Of a stretch of DNA of 64,000 bases, positions 6,540-14,985 are shown piece by piece. Made by a program: the position numbers and the translations under genes. Under the pieces are notes generated by a model that worked only from the letters and a program-made list of their open reading frames with translations, did not search any database and was not told the DNA's origin. Each line of letters begins with the position of its first letter. The first letter of the stretch is position 1. The stretch is from positions 62,001-126,000 of IMG/VR virus record IMGVR_UViG_3300027770_000026; one strand, written 5' to 3'.

Positions 6540-8681
6540 ATGAAAATACATGATATACTCACCGAAGCACAGCGTTTTGACTTCGACAAACACCGTGATA
6601 CTATTCTGCGTTTTGTGCAAAATACGCTGGCCGGCAAGCCCAATAACAGACAATTCAATCCCTTTTATGAACTGATTGTGGGTGGCGGGCAAGTGGGTGC
6701 CGCAAACAAATTGGGTATTGATCCCAAGATGGCAGCAACATGGAAACAGTACTTCCAAAGCAAGCCCTTCCTAGGTGGAGCCGGTGAACCTTGGAGTCAG
6801 GTTAACATTGGTGATCAGTACGCTAAGGCCACAGGCGATGACCGAACCCTGAACTTTTATGTTACTGTAAGCAAAGACAAGGACAATATAATGAAGTTCT
6901 TTAGGAACTATCACAGCCTTGCTAGCTACTTACAGCCCATAAGTCAACAGAACCAAACGCCTATCAAGTTTAAAACACACAGTATATTAGACAGCTTTAT
7001 TGGGCACAACGACAGTTTCAAGGTCTACTACTACGATCCTAAACTACGGAACCAAATAGTTGCTGCTGTTAAGAAATGGCTCAGTGACAGTGGTGTAAGC
7101 ACTGCTGCAAGATCACACGAACACGGCGTGGACGTAAAGAGTAATGGTGGTAGCTTTGGACAGTTACTAAGCAATCACGTATACGACGAGTTCACCAAAC
7201 TGATAAAAACAAACGGCGCTAAGGTTACTCCTGAACAGTACTTTGACTGGCTTAAGAAGAATCTCCCTGTGTTAATAGCACAGGTAAAGCCTAAGGAGCA
7301 AATGACAGAATCCTGGAGCAAGGGCTACAAGAAGAGCATTGATTGCTCAAATCCAAAAGGGTTTGGTATGAGAGCCAGCGAATTTATAACTGAAACACCA
7401 CTTGATCCTAGCACATCAAGTAAAATACTAGCTATGGCAACACGGCAAAAATACCAACTGCTGGGACAAGGCGCTGATGCTACTGTATTTGGTAGCTCTA
7501 CTCACCGTCCAAAAACGGTAGTTAAGATAACGTCGGGCGAACTATACACATCTGCAAAAAAAGCCAGCATAGGTTTCGACCACTTTTACGAGTTTTGCCA
7601 ACAGCACCCCGATAGCCCCTACCTGCCAAAGTTTGAGGAACGGGGATTCTTTGAAGTAAACAGGGAAAAGATTCCTTGGGTGCGTATGGAGCGTTTGAAC
7701 GAACATCCACAGGATTTGCATATCTATGCTGCTGTAGATACGCTAATAGAGGAATCATTTAAAAACGAATTTGCTGATTGGAAACTTGTGAAGTCTCTGC
7801 ATCCAAAATTGACCCTACAACAGCTGGGGATGCTTAAGAAATTTTACTCCATGCTCTCGGAACTAACAGACTACTTTTGGAAAAAAAGATCCAAATTGAA
7901 GTGGGATCTAGGAAAACGTAATATTATGTACCGTAGTAACGTTCCTGTTATCACAGATCCGTTCATGGCTAAAGAGCGAGAAGAATATGAAGAATCCTGG
8001 AGTAAGAGCTACAAGAAGAGCATTGATTGCTCAAATCCAAAAGGGTTTAGTCAACGTGCTCACTGTGCGGGACGCAAAGCACGACGTGCGGGCAAGAAGA
8101 CCAAAAGCGGTAGCGTAAGTGAAGAAGGAGAACTACTTTGGTCGTCAATGAATGAAGCTAGAGCCAATAGTGTGGAAGATTACAAGCCCACTGACCAACA
8201 ATTAGATGACCTAAAAAGCAAGTATCTTCCCAATTGGGAAATGTCAGATCATAAAATGTTACAGGCACGCTACATAGCCAAAGATCATCGACGTGCTGAA
8301 AAATTTATCAGGTTCATAAACCAAGTATCCGAACGTATGGATCACTTTGCCAAAGTAACTCAGGATGTATCCGAAGTCACTGTGGAAACAACTACCTTTG
8401 ATGTAAAAGGTCTGACTATTTTGGACTTCCAGTTGGCCTCGGCCATAGACAAATATGCAGAAAGAAATCAAATTGAACAGGCGAGGTCAGGCGGTAATTT
8501 TGAAATGTATGAAAACTTTGCAGATGGCGAGAAGCCTGGTCGCAAAGGACTAGCCAAACGTTCAGGTGTTGACTGTAAGCAAAGTGTGAGTAAATTGCGT
8601 AGTGTTGCTAAGAATAGCACAGGTGAAAAGCAGCGTATAGCACATTGGTGTGCCAATATGAAATCAGGGAAGAAAAAATAA
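6540..8681 (+). CDS. capsid-targeted polyprotein: HopA1-like domain, Ser/Thr kinase-like domain, pterin-carbinolamine-dehydratase-like domain and Cys/basic peptide modules
   Basis: TATAAATA at 6527-6534 then ATG 6540 (MKIHDILTE); kinase LGQGADATVF/VVKI/DLGKRNIM/TDP; PCD-like LPNW...MDHF...GLTILDFQLA; modules separated by xxE sites. Confidence 0.8.
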   Translation: MKIHDILTEAQRFDFDKHRDTILRFVQNTLAGKPNNRQFNPFYELIVGGGQVGAANKLGIDPKMAATWKQYFQSKPFLGGAGEPWSQVNIGDQYAKATGDDRTLNFYVTVSKDKDNIMKFFRNYHSLASYLQPISQQNQTPIKFKTHSILDSFIGHNDSFKVYYYDPKLRNQIVAAVKKWLSDSGVSTAARSHEHGVDVKSNGGSFGQLLSNHVYDEFTKLIKTNGAKVTPEQYFDWLKKNLPVLIAQVKPKEQMTESWSKGYKKSIDCSNPKGFGMRASEFITETPLDPSTSSKILAMATRQKYQLLGQGADATVFGSSTHRPKTVVKITSGELYTSAKKASIGFDHFYEFCQQHPDSPYLPKFEERGFFEVNREKIPWVRMERLNEHPQDLHIYAAVDTLIEESFKNEFADWKLVKSLHPKLTLQQLGMLKKFYSMLSELTDYFWKKRSKLKWDLGKRNIMYRSNVPVITDPFMAKEREEYEESWSKSYKKSIDCSNPKGFSQRAHCAGRKARRAGKKTKSGSVSEEGELLWSSMNEARANSVEDYKPTDQQLDDLKSKYLPNWEMSDHKMLQARYIAKDHRRAEKFIRFINQVSERMDHFAKVTQDVSEVTVETTTFDVKGLTILDFQLASAIDKYAERNQIEQARSGGNFEMYENFADGEKPGRKGLAKRSGVDCKQSVSKLRSVAKNSTGEKQRIAHWCANMKSGKKK
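7307..7364 (+). repeat. 58-bp direct repeat, copy 1
   Basis: 56/58 identical to 7991-8048; encodes ESWSKxYKKSIDCSNPKGF. Confidence 0.95.
7991..8048 (+). repeat. 58-bp direct repeat, copy 2
   Basis: 56/58 identical to 7307-7364. Confidence 0.95.
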
Positions 8682-8978
8682 GAGGGTTTTTCTGTTGCCA
8701 GGAAAACCCACAAACCCCGGTCTATTCCGCTATTAGGCGGCTAGTGCCATGTCGTAATTGCTATCGTTTGCAGTTACTGTTTTTGCGCTGATTAAGTCAG
8801 TCGCCTCACTGGTAGCCCTTAGTTTATTACTCACCCTGTCAAACCTGGTCGGCCCCAACAACAACACACTTCGTCCTGCAGTACATTCCTAATAGGTGTG
8901 ACACGGTCTGCAAATGTGCTGTTGGTGGAGCCGGGGGGAATCGCACCCCCGTCCAAGATGCCTTTAGTTAAGAGTTTA
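8682..8978 (-). ncRNA. ssrA: circularly permuted two-piece tmRNA
   Basis: Acceptor piece about 8978-8923 ends CGGCTCCACCA; self-pairing intervening segment 8922-8857; coding piece starts GGGGCCG at 8856 (G3.U70 pair); tag GCA(8771)..TAA(8733) = ANDSNYDMALAA; 3' CTG-GCAA-CAG hairpin; TATAAT at 8989-8984. Confidence 0.93.
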
Positions 8979-8996
8979 CTACCATTATACACTTAC

Positions 8997-9746
8997 TTAT
9001 AGTTTTTGATCATATGGTACTTCAATCCATCTACGATTATTCCACGTTGTATTGATAGTATGCACAACACCTTTCCTTATATCATGATAAAACAGTCTTG
9101 CTTGTGTTTGTGATGTGATGCTATCAACTAATGCCCAAAAACTGCTCGACACACAATGTATTTCTGTTGCGTTTCTGATCAGAGTAACCCACTTTAACAA
9201 GTTACCCTGATCTAGATCCAAAGTAACATAGATTATTTTGATATTAGGTAACCCGTTCACAACACGATATTGTTCAATGTCAATTGGAAAGCCATCTAGG
9301 TAATGACTGGATGATTTATGAATCAATACATATGGTTCTCCGGGGGTAACTAACGAACAGTACAGTTCATCCGAATCATCAATATGTTTTGGTAAACGAA
9401 AATTAGTATATCTCAAAGAGAAAGGCAAGTTATAAGAATCATAATATTGCTGAGAGAAATTAATTGGGATATGAATTCCGTTTATAACTGTGTAATTAAG
9501 CATCCTTCTCTTAATTTGAGAAAGTCCGCTATCTGATATGTATTGAGGTTCATAATTTGGGTGTACAGATACTACCTTAATATTAGGCCAATCTTGATAC
9601 AGACAACGAGTAGTTTCATAATAGCAAGGTTGAGTCGGAATATGTAATTCTCGACACCGATCGCCATAGTAATGAGCTATACCATTGTGAATAAAAGTAT
9701 CACCGAGGCTTTGATAACCTATAAAGAACAAACGATCAAATATCAC
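8997..9746 (-). CDS. glycosyltransferase-like protein, paralog 2
   Basis: SLGD..I.NG N-terminal motif and A.EIHCVSSSF C-terminal motif, GT-B (GT9/GT11-like) pattern; paralog of next gene. Confidence 0.6.
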   Translation of the reverse strand: MIFDRLFFIGYQSLGDTFIHNGIAHYYGDRCRELHIPTQPCYYETTRCLYQDWPNIKVVSVHPNYEPQYISDSGLSQIKRRMLNYTVINGIHIPINFSQQYYDSYNLPFSLRYTNFRLPKHIDDSDELYCSLVTPGEPYVLIHKSSSHYLDGFPIDIEQYRVVNGLPNIKIIYVTLDLDQGNLLKWVTLIRNATEIHCVSSSFWALVDSITSQTQARLFYHDIRKGVVHTINTTWNNRRWIEVPYDQKL

Positions 9747-9748
9747 TT

Positions 9749-10507
9749 TTATACTTTATCGTGATAATTTACAATATTCCAGCAACGACGATTCCATTCA
9801 CTGTTAACACGAGTAACAGAGAAAGCACGAATGTCATGAAAGAACAATTTTGCATTAGTTTGATTAAACATGCTATCTACTAATGCCCAAAAACTACTAG
9901 ATACACAATGTATTTCGCTAGCGTTCTTAATCAACTTAACCCAGCGAAGTAAGTTCCTACCATCCAAACTTTCGTCTACATGTATTACTTTAAGTTGTGG
10001 TAATCCGTTTATTTGTCTAAACCAATCAATATTGATAGATATACCATCCGGATGGTGTCCTGTTTTATTGTGTAATAAAATATAAGGCTCACCGCCCGAC
10101 AATTGATCATATAACTCGTCGCTACCATCTACATAGTTTGGTAAACGAAAGTTAGTATAACGCATGGAAAAAGGTATACTATAGTAGTCGTAGTATTGCA
10201 TGTCAAATGCAACTGGTATTAGCTGCCCGCTTAGATGCACCGAATAAACACTGTTTCTTAGAATGCGAGAAAGTTTATTCTCTGCAACATATTGATCTTC
10301 TCCCTGATTATGCGGCATCAGGGGAACTACAATGATATGGGGATGATCCTGATACAAAGTACGAATAGTATCGTAGTATTTAGGAAGACAAGGTATATGC
10401 AATTCGTCTGTCATATCACCGTAGTAATGTGCAACCCCATTCATTATAAACGCATCGCCAAGACTCATTGGTCCCGTAAAAAACAATCGATCAAAAATCT
10501 TAGTCAC
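9749..10507 (-). CDS. glycosyltransferase-like protein, paralog 1
   Basis: Same motifs; collinear with 8997-9746. Confidence 0.6.
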   Translation of the reverse strand: MTKIFDRLFFTGPMSLGDAFIMNGVAHYYGDMTDELHIPCLPKYYDTIRTLYQDHPHIIVVPLMPHNQGEDQYVAENKLSRILRNSVYSVHLSGQLIPVAFDMQYYDYYSIPFSMRYTNFRLPNYVDGSDELYDQLSGGEPYILLHNKTGHHPDGISINIDWFRQINGLPQLKVIHVDESLDGRNLLRWVKLIKNASEIHCVSSSFWALVDSMFNQTNAKLFFHDIRAFSVTRVNSEWNRRCWNIVNYHDKV

Positions 10508-10679
10508 AATCTTTCCTATTATCTTTCACGCCACAATGTGGACAATACCAGGTCTTAGGTTGCCACCCTGCATCCATTGTAGCAAAACTCCACCATAGAT
10601 AACAATGGTCACAACTAAAATGCCAAATTGTTTCTCTATAGGGAGTTAGCTTGATGTCATCGATCTCGATGGTACTCAT
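10500..10679 (-). CDS. small zinc-ribbon protein
   Basis: CDHC...CPHCG. Confidence 0.65.
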   Translation of the reverse strand: MSTIEIDDIKLTPYRETIWHFSCDHCYLWWSFATMDAGWQPKTWYCPHCGVKDNRKDCD

Positions 10680-10968
10680 ATTCGTCTGAGTCATTCCAAG
10701 CGTAGTCAAAGTCTGCCATGCAACGTTTCATATGGTGATAATATTGTGGATATCGGTATGGCGCACGTTCTTCACAGAAGCGTAGTGCCTTGCGATAGGG
10801 ATAGCGTTCGGGATAGTAACGTGGCTCACGTTCGCGTTCGTGATGTTTGCCAATATGGTAACCAATGACGCCACCGATGATTGCTGCTACGGCGTCATCT
10901 CCTGCAAATGCTGAATTTGGCACTGCTAGCCCTAAAACCATTGCGGAAACAAGTAGAATATTCTTCAT
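10657..10968 (-). CDS. secreted glycine-zipper-like protein
   Basis: Signal peptide ending AFA, then AAIIGGVIGY. Confidence 0.7.
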   Translation of the reverse strand: MKNILLVSAMVLGLAVPNSAFAGDDAVAAIIGGVIGYHIGKHHEREREPRYYPERYPYRKALRFCEERAPYRYPQYYHHMKRCMADFDYAWNDSDEYEYHRDR

Positions 10969-11002
10969 TTGAATGCCCTCATAAGATATTTAGTACAGCG
11001 TA

Positions 11003-11287
11003 CTAGTAGTCCCGTACTTTGTCATGACTAGCACCGCAGCGACCACAGTACCACCAACTCCAACCTAATCCATTGGTGTGGAACTTGGACTTGAGATGCT
11101 CACCATGTTCCTGTACACATTTTTCCTGTATCTCTTTAAGAGCAGGATAGTATACCGTGCGGTCATACTCCTCCATCAGCTCCTGCATCTTCTTCCTGCG
11201 GGCGTCCTGTATCCCCCAGTAAGTATCTGGTGGATCGTTTTTCATTTTGATTGCTCGCGCCATGCGAATGATGTCATCATGGTCCAT
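11003..11287 (-). CDS. hypothetical protein with Cys/His knuckle
   Basis: C...H....CGRCG. Confidence 0.6.
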   Translation of the reverse strand: MDHDDIIRMARAIKMKNDPPDTYWGIQDARRKKMQELMEEYDRTVYYPALKEIQEKCVQEHGEHLKSKFHTNGLGWSWWYCGRCGASHDKVRDY

Positions 11288-11582
11288 TGAATTCCTTTGG
11301 GTCTACAGGCAGTAGTGTTTCAACAGTACCCTCATGATATGCAAATGCGTCTAAGAATCGCTTAGGTGCACCAACTACACCCGCTAGTTGGTATGCTACT
11401 GCCAGCAGGTCGCGCAGGTGTTCATTCTCGTACTGTAGGCGACGGGCTTCGCGTTCGTGACAACTGCCTGTATGAAAGCCTGCACAGTCACAGTACTGTG
11501 GCGGTACACCTTCTTCATTCACGGCGGCTGCTACTTGTATTTTTTTGATTATCTGTAACAACGATGTTGTCTTCGTCATCAT
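11277..11582 (-). CDS. hypothetical protein
   Basis: ORF track; CDC...H...C. Confidence 0.55.
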   Translation of the reverse strand: MMTKTTSLLQIIKKIQVAAAVNEEGVPPQYCDCAGFHTGSCHEREARRLQYENEHLRDLLAVAYQLAGVVGAPKRFLDAFAYHEGTVETLLPVDPKEFNGP

Positions 11583-12042
11583 TCCAGTAATCCATACCTA
11601 TTTTCCACTTGTCGCAATATTGTTTAAAAAATGAATGTAGGAGTGGTTCATACAAATCCATATCATAATCTTTTTCTGGCATAACTGCCAATGGATCCAG
11701 ATGACTATCAAAAAGTACCCTACTGCCATTTAGAATAACATTTTCATCCAATTCCATCATACAATCAAATCTATCAAAAAGTGCCTGCACGACAGCATCG
11801 TTCATTTTTCGTGTTTTACAATATTCAGCTTTTTCTTTTTGAATTTGTTCTCTTTCGAGCGTTTTTTCGTATTCATATTGGCTGTATGTCAGCGTAGCAA
11901 TCCATTCCTGATATTTAATTAATATGTCTGGGGCGCCAAGACGTTTCATTGCACCAACTATCTTTCTTTGTCTAGACCTGTGTTCTCTAGTACGCACCAG
12001 TTCGCTATCTATTTCAACGGTCTCATTATCCGGTTCTTCCAT
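11515..12042 (-). CDS. hypothetical protein (AT-rich)
   Basis: ORF track; start probably MEEPD at 12042 or a TTG just upstream. Confidence 0.6.
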   Translation of the reverse strand: MEEPDNETVEIDSELVRTREHRSRQRKIVGAMKRLGAPDILIKYQEWIATLTYSQYEYEKTLEREQIQKEKAEYCKTRKMNDAVVQALFDRFDCMMELDENVILNGSRVLFDSHLDPLAVMPEKDYDMDLYEPLLHSFFKQYCDKWKIGMDYWNDDEDNIVVTDNQKNTSSSRRE

Positions 12043-12076
12043 AATTTCTATTTCTTTCTTATTGTACTTTTTCAAG

Positions 12077-12244
12077 TTAATCTCCCCATTCCGTACTGCG
12101 GAGGGTAGCCTGTTCTTCAAGCAGATAGGTTATCTGCTCAATTAGATCTGCGACCTTATCTTTGGCTTGGTCTGACACGGGCAAGTCGTAGATGCGATTT
12201 GCCAAATCGTCAACATCTTCTAAAAACTTATCAAGTGTTCTCAT
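12077..12244 (-). CDS. small hypothetical protein
   Basis: GGAGGT SD; ATGA overlap. Confidence 0.65.
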   Translation of the reverse strand: MRTLDKFLEDVDDLANRIYDLPVSDQAKDKVADLIEQITYLLEEQATLRSTEWGD

Positions 12245-12450
12245 TCTATTACCTCCCATGCATCGTGTAATATCATCCAATCCCATATGCAATCTTCAAA
12301 ACAATAAGTTGCATCCGCATGCTCCCTACCATAGGTGTCGCACTTGCGTTCATGCCATTTGGGATAGTAGTCGCGACGAATATAATTCTCGTTTACGGTA
12401 ACTATTTGTCCGTGTGTAGGATCCGGCTCGTTATATGAAAAATATCTCAT
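12241..12450 (-). CDS. hypothetical phage protein
   Basis: ATGA overlaps at both ends. Confidence 0.7.
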   Translation of the reverse strand: MRYFSYNEPDPTHGQIVTVNENYIRRDYYPKWHERKCDTYGREHADATYCFEDCIWDWMILHDAWEVIE

Positions 12451-12827
12451 TTGATCTTCCGGCCCAGAGTCTGAATCTCAGCTTCGTCGCATACGTATTG
12501 GTAGGCGCCCTTGTTGTAGGCAGGAGCCAGTCGCTTGCTCTTGGCAATGATGGCTTCGCGTACCTCTGGTGCTTCCTTGGCTAACTGCGCAGCATCCATC
12601 ATGCTGTTACGAGCAGTAGCTTGAGATACGTCGTTGGTGGTCACATGCGACTTGAGCGCAAGTGCCGTGTCAGCACCTGGTCGCAGAGGGCGGCCATTGT
12701 AGGTTGGTGAATGGTCAACTTGAAGACGACGAAGCCTGCTGACATCAAGTTTGACGGCAACAGGCCCGGCAGGTTTCTTTTTACTCTTGCGCCGAGGCTT
12801 GTAACGATTATCTACGTAGATCAACAT
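12447..12827 (-). CDS. conserved basic phage protein
   Basis: C-terminal APAYNKGAYQYV motif; GAGGT SD. Confidence 0.8.
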   Translation of the reverse strand: MLIYVDNRYKPRRKSKKKPAGPVAVKLDVSRLRRLQVDHSPTYNGRPLRPGADTALALKSHVTTNDVSQATARNSMMDAAQLAKEAPEVREAIIAKSKRLAPAYNKGAYQYVCDEAEIQTLGRKIK

Positions 12828-12886
12828 TGCAAGTACCTCAAGTTAAAAGTGGTGTTTTAAAAGGATAACACCTAACCTGGGGGACG

Positions 12887-13225
12887 TCAAGCCGCAGTGG
12901 TAGTCTTCGCCTTGGCCTTGCTCTTGGGAGCAACAACCTCGGCAACAACTTCAGCAACAGCCTCTTCAACCTCGTCAGCACCAACCAGTGCCCGCTTGAG
13001 CGCAACGCCAGCGCCTGGGGGGATGTTCTGAACGTTATCCAGAACATACTGCGCAGCAGCAACCTTGGTCATCTCCTCGGGAAGGTCGAGGAAGGTAACC
13101 TCAGTCTGGCCTGCACGGACCAGGAGCGCGGTACGCGCCTTTGCAGTAGTATTGGCGAAACGAGCCTTGTACTGGCCGTTCGTGAGCTTGCTGTAACCAG
13201 CGATCGAGAAAGTCTTGTTCGACAT
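12887..13225 (-). CDS. early phage protein with Lys/Ala tail ending -AA
   Basis: GAGGTG SD, own promoter, GC-rich codon usage. Confidence 0.8.
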   Translation of the reverse strand: MSNKTFSIAGYSKLTNGQYKARFANTTAKARTALLVRAGQTEVTFLDLPEEMTKVAAAQYVLDNVQNIPPGAGVALKRALVGADEVEEAVAEVVAEVVAPKSKAKAKTTTAA

Positions 13226-13291
13226 GATAAACACCTCAGTTTCAATTAAATTAAGTAAACTATCAAACTAGCACATAAGCCGTGCCGTGCT

Positions 13292-13320
13292 ATTGTACTA
13301 CCAAGTCAAGCCGTTATCAA
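13292..13320 (-). promoter_or_regulatory. sigma70-type promoter
   Basis: TTGATA-17nt-TACAAT. Confidence 0.65.
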
Positions 13321-13483
13321 GCCTTGATAGCTCAAATCCAAGCGTTGTGATATTCTACCGCAACGCACATCTCTACCAAATCCTCAACCTCGTATTGGTC
13401 GGGATCGTTAATACCAAACTCTTCCTCCGCTACGGAGTAGATGAGTCGATCATTACGCAGTTCAGTGCGCAATTCGTTCAAGC

Positions 13484-13512
13484 AGTTTAGCACCGTATTG
13501 TCCATATGTCAA
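13484..13512 (-). promoter_or_regulatory. sigma70-type promoter
   Basis: TTGACA-17nt-TAAACT. Confidence 0.6.
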
Positions 13513-13700
13513 GCCTTTTTGCTAGGATAATAATTAGTGTTCACAAACACGAGCAGCACAAATCCTGCTAGCCACGTCTTGAACGTATAAGGAATGGTCA
13601 AGGGGAACAAGGTGTTCAGTGCCCAAACCAATGCCCACGGGATGAGGATAACCCCCACCAGCAGTGCAATGCCTGCTGTCGTTTTGAGAAAATTAACCAT
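13509..13700 (-). CDS. small two-TM membrane protein
   Basis: WALNTLFPL.IPYTF.TW motif; hydrophobic. Confidence 0.75.
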   Translation of the reverse strand: MVNFLKTTAGIALLVGVILIPWALVWALNTLFPLTIPYTFKTWLAGFVLLVFVNTNYYPSKKA

Positions 13701-13806
13701 TGCGGGTTGTCCAGCGGTAGTAAATGCGCTGTGGGATGCCCAACTTGGCGGCCCACAGTACGTCCATGACTACCATCCCCAAAAGAAACATACCCAAGTC
13801 ACGCAT
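13693..13806 (-). CDS. small membrane protein (37 aa)
   Basis: GGGAG SD; MRDLGMFLLGMVVMDVLWAAKLGIPQRIYYRW... Confidence 0.6.
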   Translation of the reverse strand: MRDLGMFLLGMVVMDVLWAAKLGIPQRIYYRWTTRNG

Positions 13807-13831
13807 TACTATCTCCCTAATCATTTCGTAT

Positions 13832-13860
13832 ACTATAATATCTGTGTTTGGGCGTGTCAA
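13832..13860 (-). promoter_or_regulatory. sigma70-type promoter
   Basis: TTGACA-17nt-TATAGT. Confidence 0.75.
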
Positions 13861-14072
13861 CCACTAATTTTAGAAATTTCTTTGTGTTCTAAAATCACGC
13901 GGTCGCGCACTGCCCCGTAAACCGTAATGGGTTGGTCAAGAACCACATGATGGGAGATGGTGCCGCCGTACTTTACACGGCTCAGCTCCACAGTGCCCGA
14001 GACATCAAACTGATTCATGTAGCGTCCGTAAACCCGGAGCCCTTCCAACTGCCACTGCGTCACTGAGTACAT
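13857..14072 (-). CDS. conserved early phage protein
   Basis: AAGGAG SD; SRVKYGG...H.V.LD.PI.VYG. Confidence 0.8.
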   Translation of the reverse strand: MYSVTQWQLEGLRVYGRYMNQFDVSGTVELSRVKYGGTISHHVVLDQPITVYGAVRDRVILEHKEISKISG

Positions 14073-14103
14073 GTTCTGCTCCTTTCCCTAACCCTATGTG
14101 CAT

Positions 14104-14164
14104 ATTATAGGTTCTGGGTACCCATAACGCAAGAACTAAATTTCCAATAGAATCAATGACTTAC
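14104..14164 (-). promoter_or_regulatory. sigma70-type promoter with upstream IHF-consensus site
   Basis: TTGCGT-17nt-TATAAT (14132-14104); AATCAATGACTTA at 14151-14163 matches WATCAANNNNTTR. Confidence 0.65.
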
Positions 14165-14219
14165 GTTTTTGAGTCCAAAATACCTACTTCTAGCCCACGT
14201 TTTCTGCTTAAATAGTGTC

Positions 14220-14759
14220 ATGAAACTGACAGAAATTGGGGAGTCCAAGCCCCACTTGTACTTGGATATGGACGGGGTTCAGGCGGACTTTTTCACTGCA
14301 TGGGCTCGTATACACGATAAGGATCGTTACAAAGAGATTGGAGACAAGGAAGCTCGTGAAGCCAGCATTGTCGATATGGCTGCACGGGGTCCGGAGTTCG
14401 TTGAGGACTTCTTTACTAACTTGGAACCCCTGCCAGGTGGCACCAAGCTGGTTGCATGGCTCAAGGCCAACAGCATCCCCTTCACTATTCTCAGTGCTCC
14501 GCTGCGTGACCAGCGTACGGCCAGTGTAAAGGGCAAACGAGCTTGGTTGGACCAGCATAATCCTGGCACTAGCGACACTGCTAAGTTTGATGGCTTTAAG
14601 GAACGCTACGCTGTTACCGGCGGGCGTGTTAACTTGCTAATTGACGACCATAAGAAGTATATTGGTCGTTGGGAGGAAAAGGGCGGCCTTGGTATTCTCT
14701 ACCGCGATGACCATGTTGACGAAGTCATCGGCCGCCTCAAGGAAATCTACGGCGTTTAG
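14220..14759 (+). CDS. HAD-family 5'(3')-deoxyribonucleotidase (NT5C-like) with capsid-targeting-like N terminus
   Basis: YLDMDGVQADF, ILSAP, LLIDD motifs; TAAATA 14209-14214 then MKLTEIGE. Confidence 0.85.
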   Translation: MKLTEIGESKPHLYLDMDGVQADFFTAWARIHDKDRYKEIGDKEAREASIVDMAARGPEFVEDFFTNLEPLPGGTKLVAWLKANSIPFTILSAPLRDQRTASVKGKRAWLDQHNPGTSDTAKFDGFKERYAVTGGRVNLLIDDHKKYIGRWEEKGGLGILYRDDHVDEVIGRLKEIYGV

Positions 14760-14974
14760 ATTCCTGCCTTACTAAGTCCAGCTGCTGCTAGTGCGGCACT
14801 GGACTTGTCTACTCGTGCCTTAACAAGTTCAACACGTTCCTTTGCTTTAGTGATTGCTTCCTCATTGGGCTCTTTTGAGTTCTTGAGAGTCTTAAGCTTG
14901 CGTCTGGCTAACGTTAGGTCTCGCTGAGCACAAACATATTCCAATTCTGAACTTTGAATTCTACCGTTACGCAT
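14756..14974 (-). CDS. hypothetical coiled-coil protein
   Basis: ORF track; AAGGA SD. Confidence 0.6.
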   Translation of the reverse strand: MRNGRIQSSELEYVCAQRDLTLARRKLKTLKNSKEPNEEAITKAKERVELVKARVDKSSAALAAAGLSKAGI

Positions 14975-14985
14975 ATATATTATCC

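Noticed and set aside
6171-8719. Integrated element with att sites at the tmRNA
   Set aside because: No integrase or transposase, and the repeat is not the acceptor end usually targeted; kept only as an alternative explanation in findings
8923-8960. Stand-alone tRNA gene
   Set aside because: No anticodon arm; it is the tmRNA acceptor piece. No true tRNA was seen in the window
13328-13480. Possible frameshifted small gene (..GEEFGINDPDQYEVEDLVEMC..) behind a promoter
   Set aside because: No clear in-frame start; cannot separate pseudogene, sequencing error and chance
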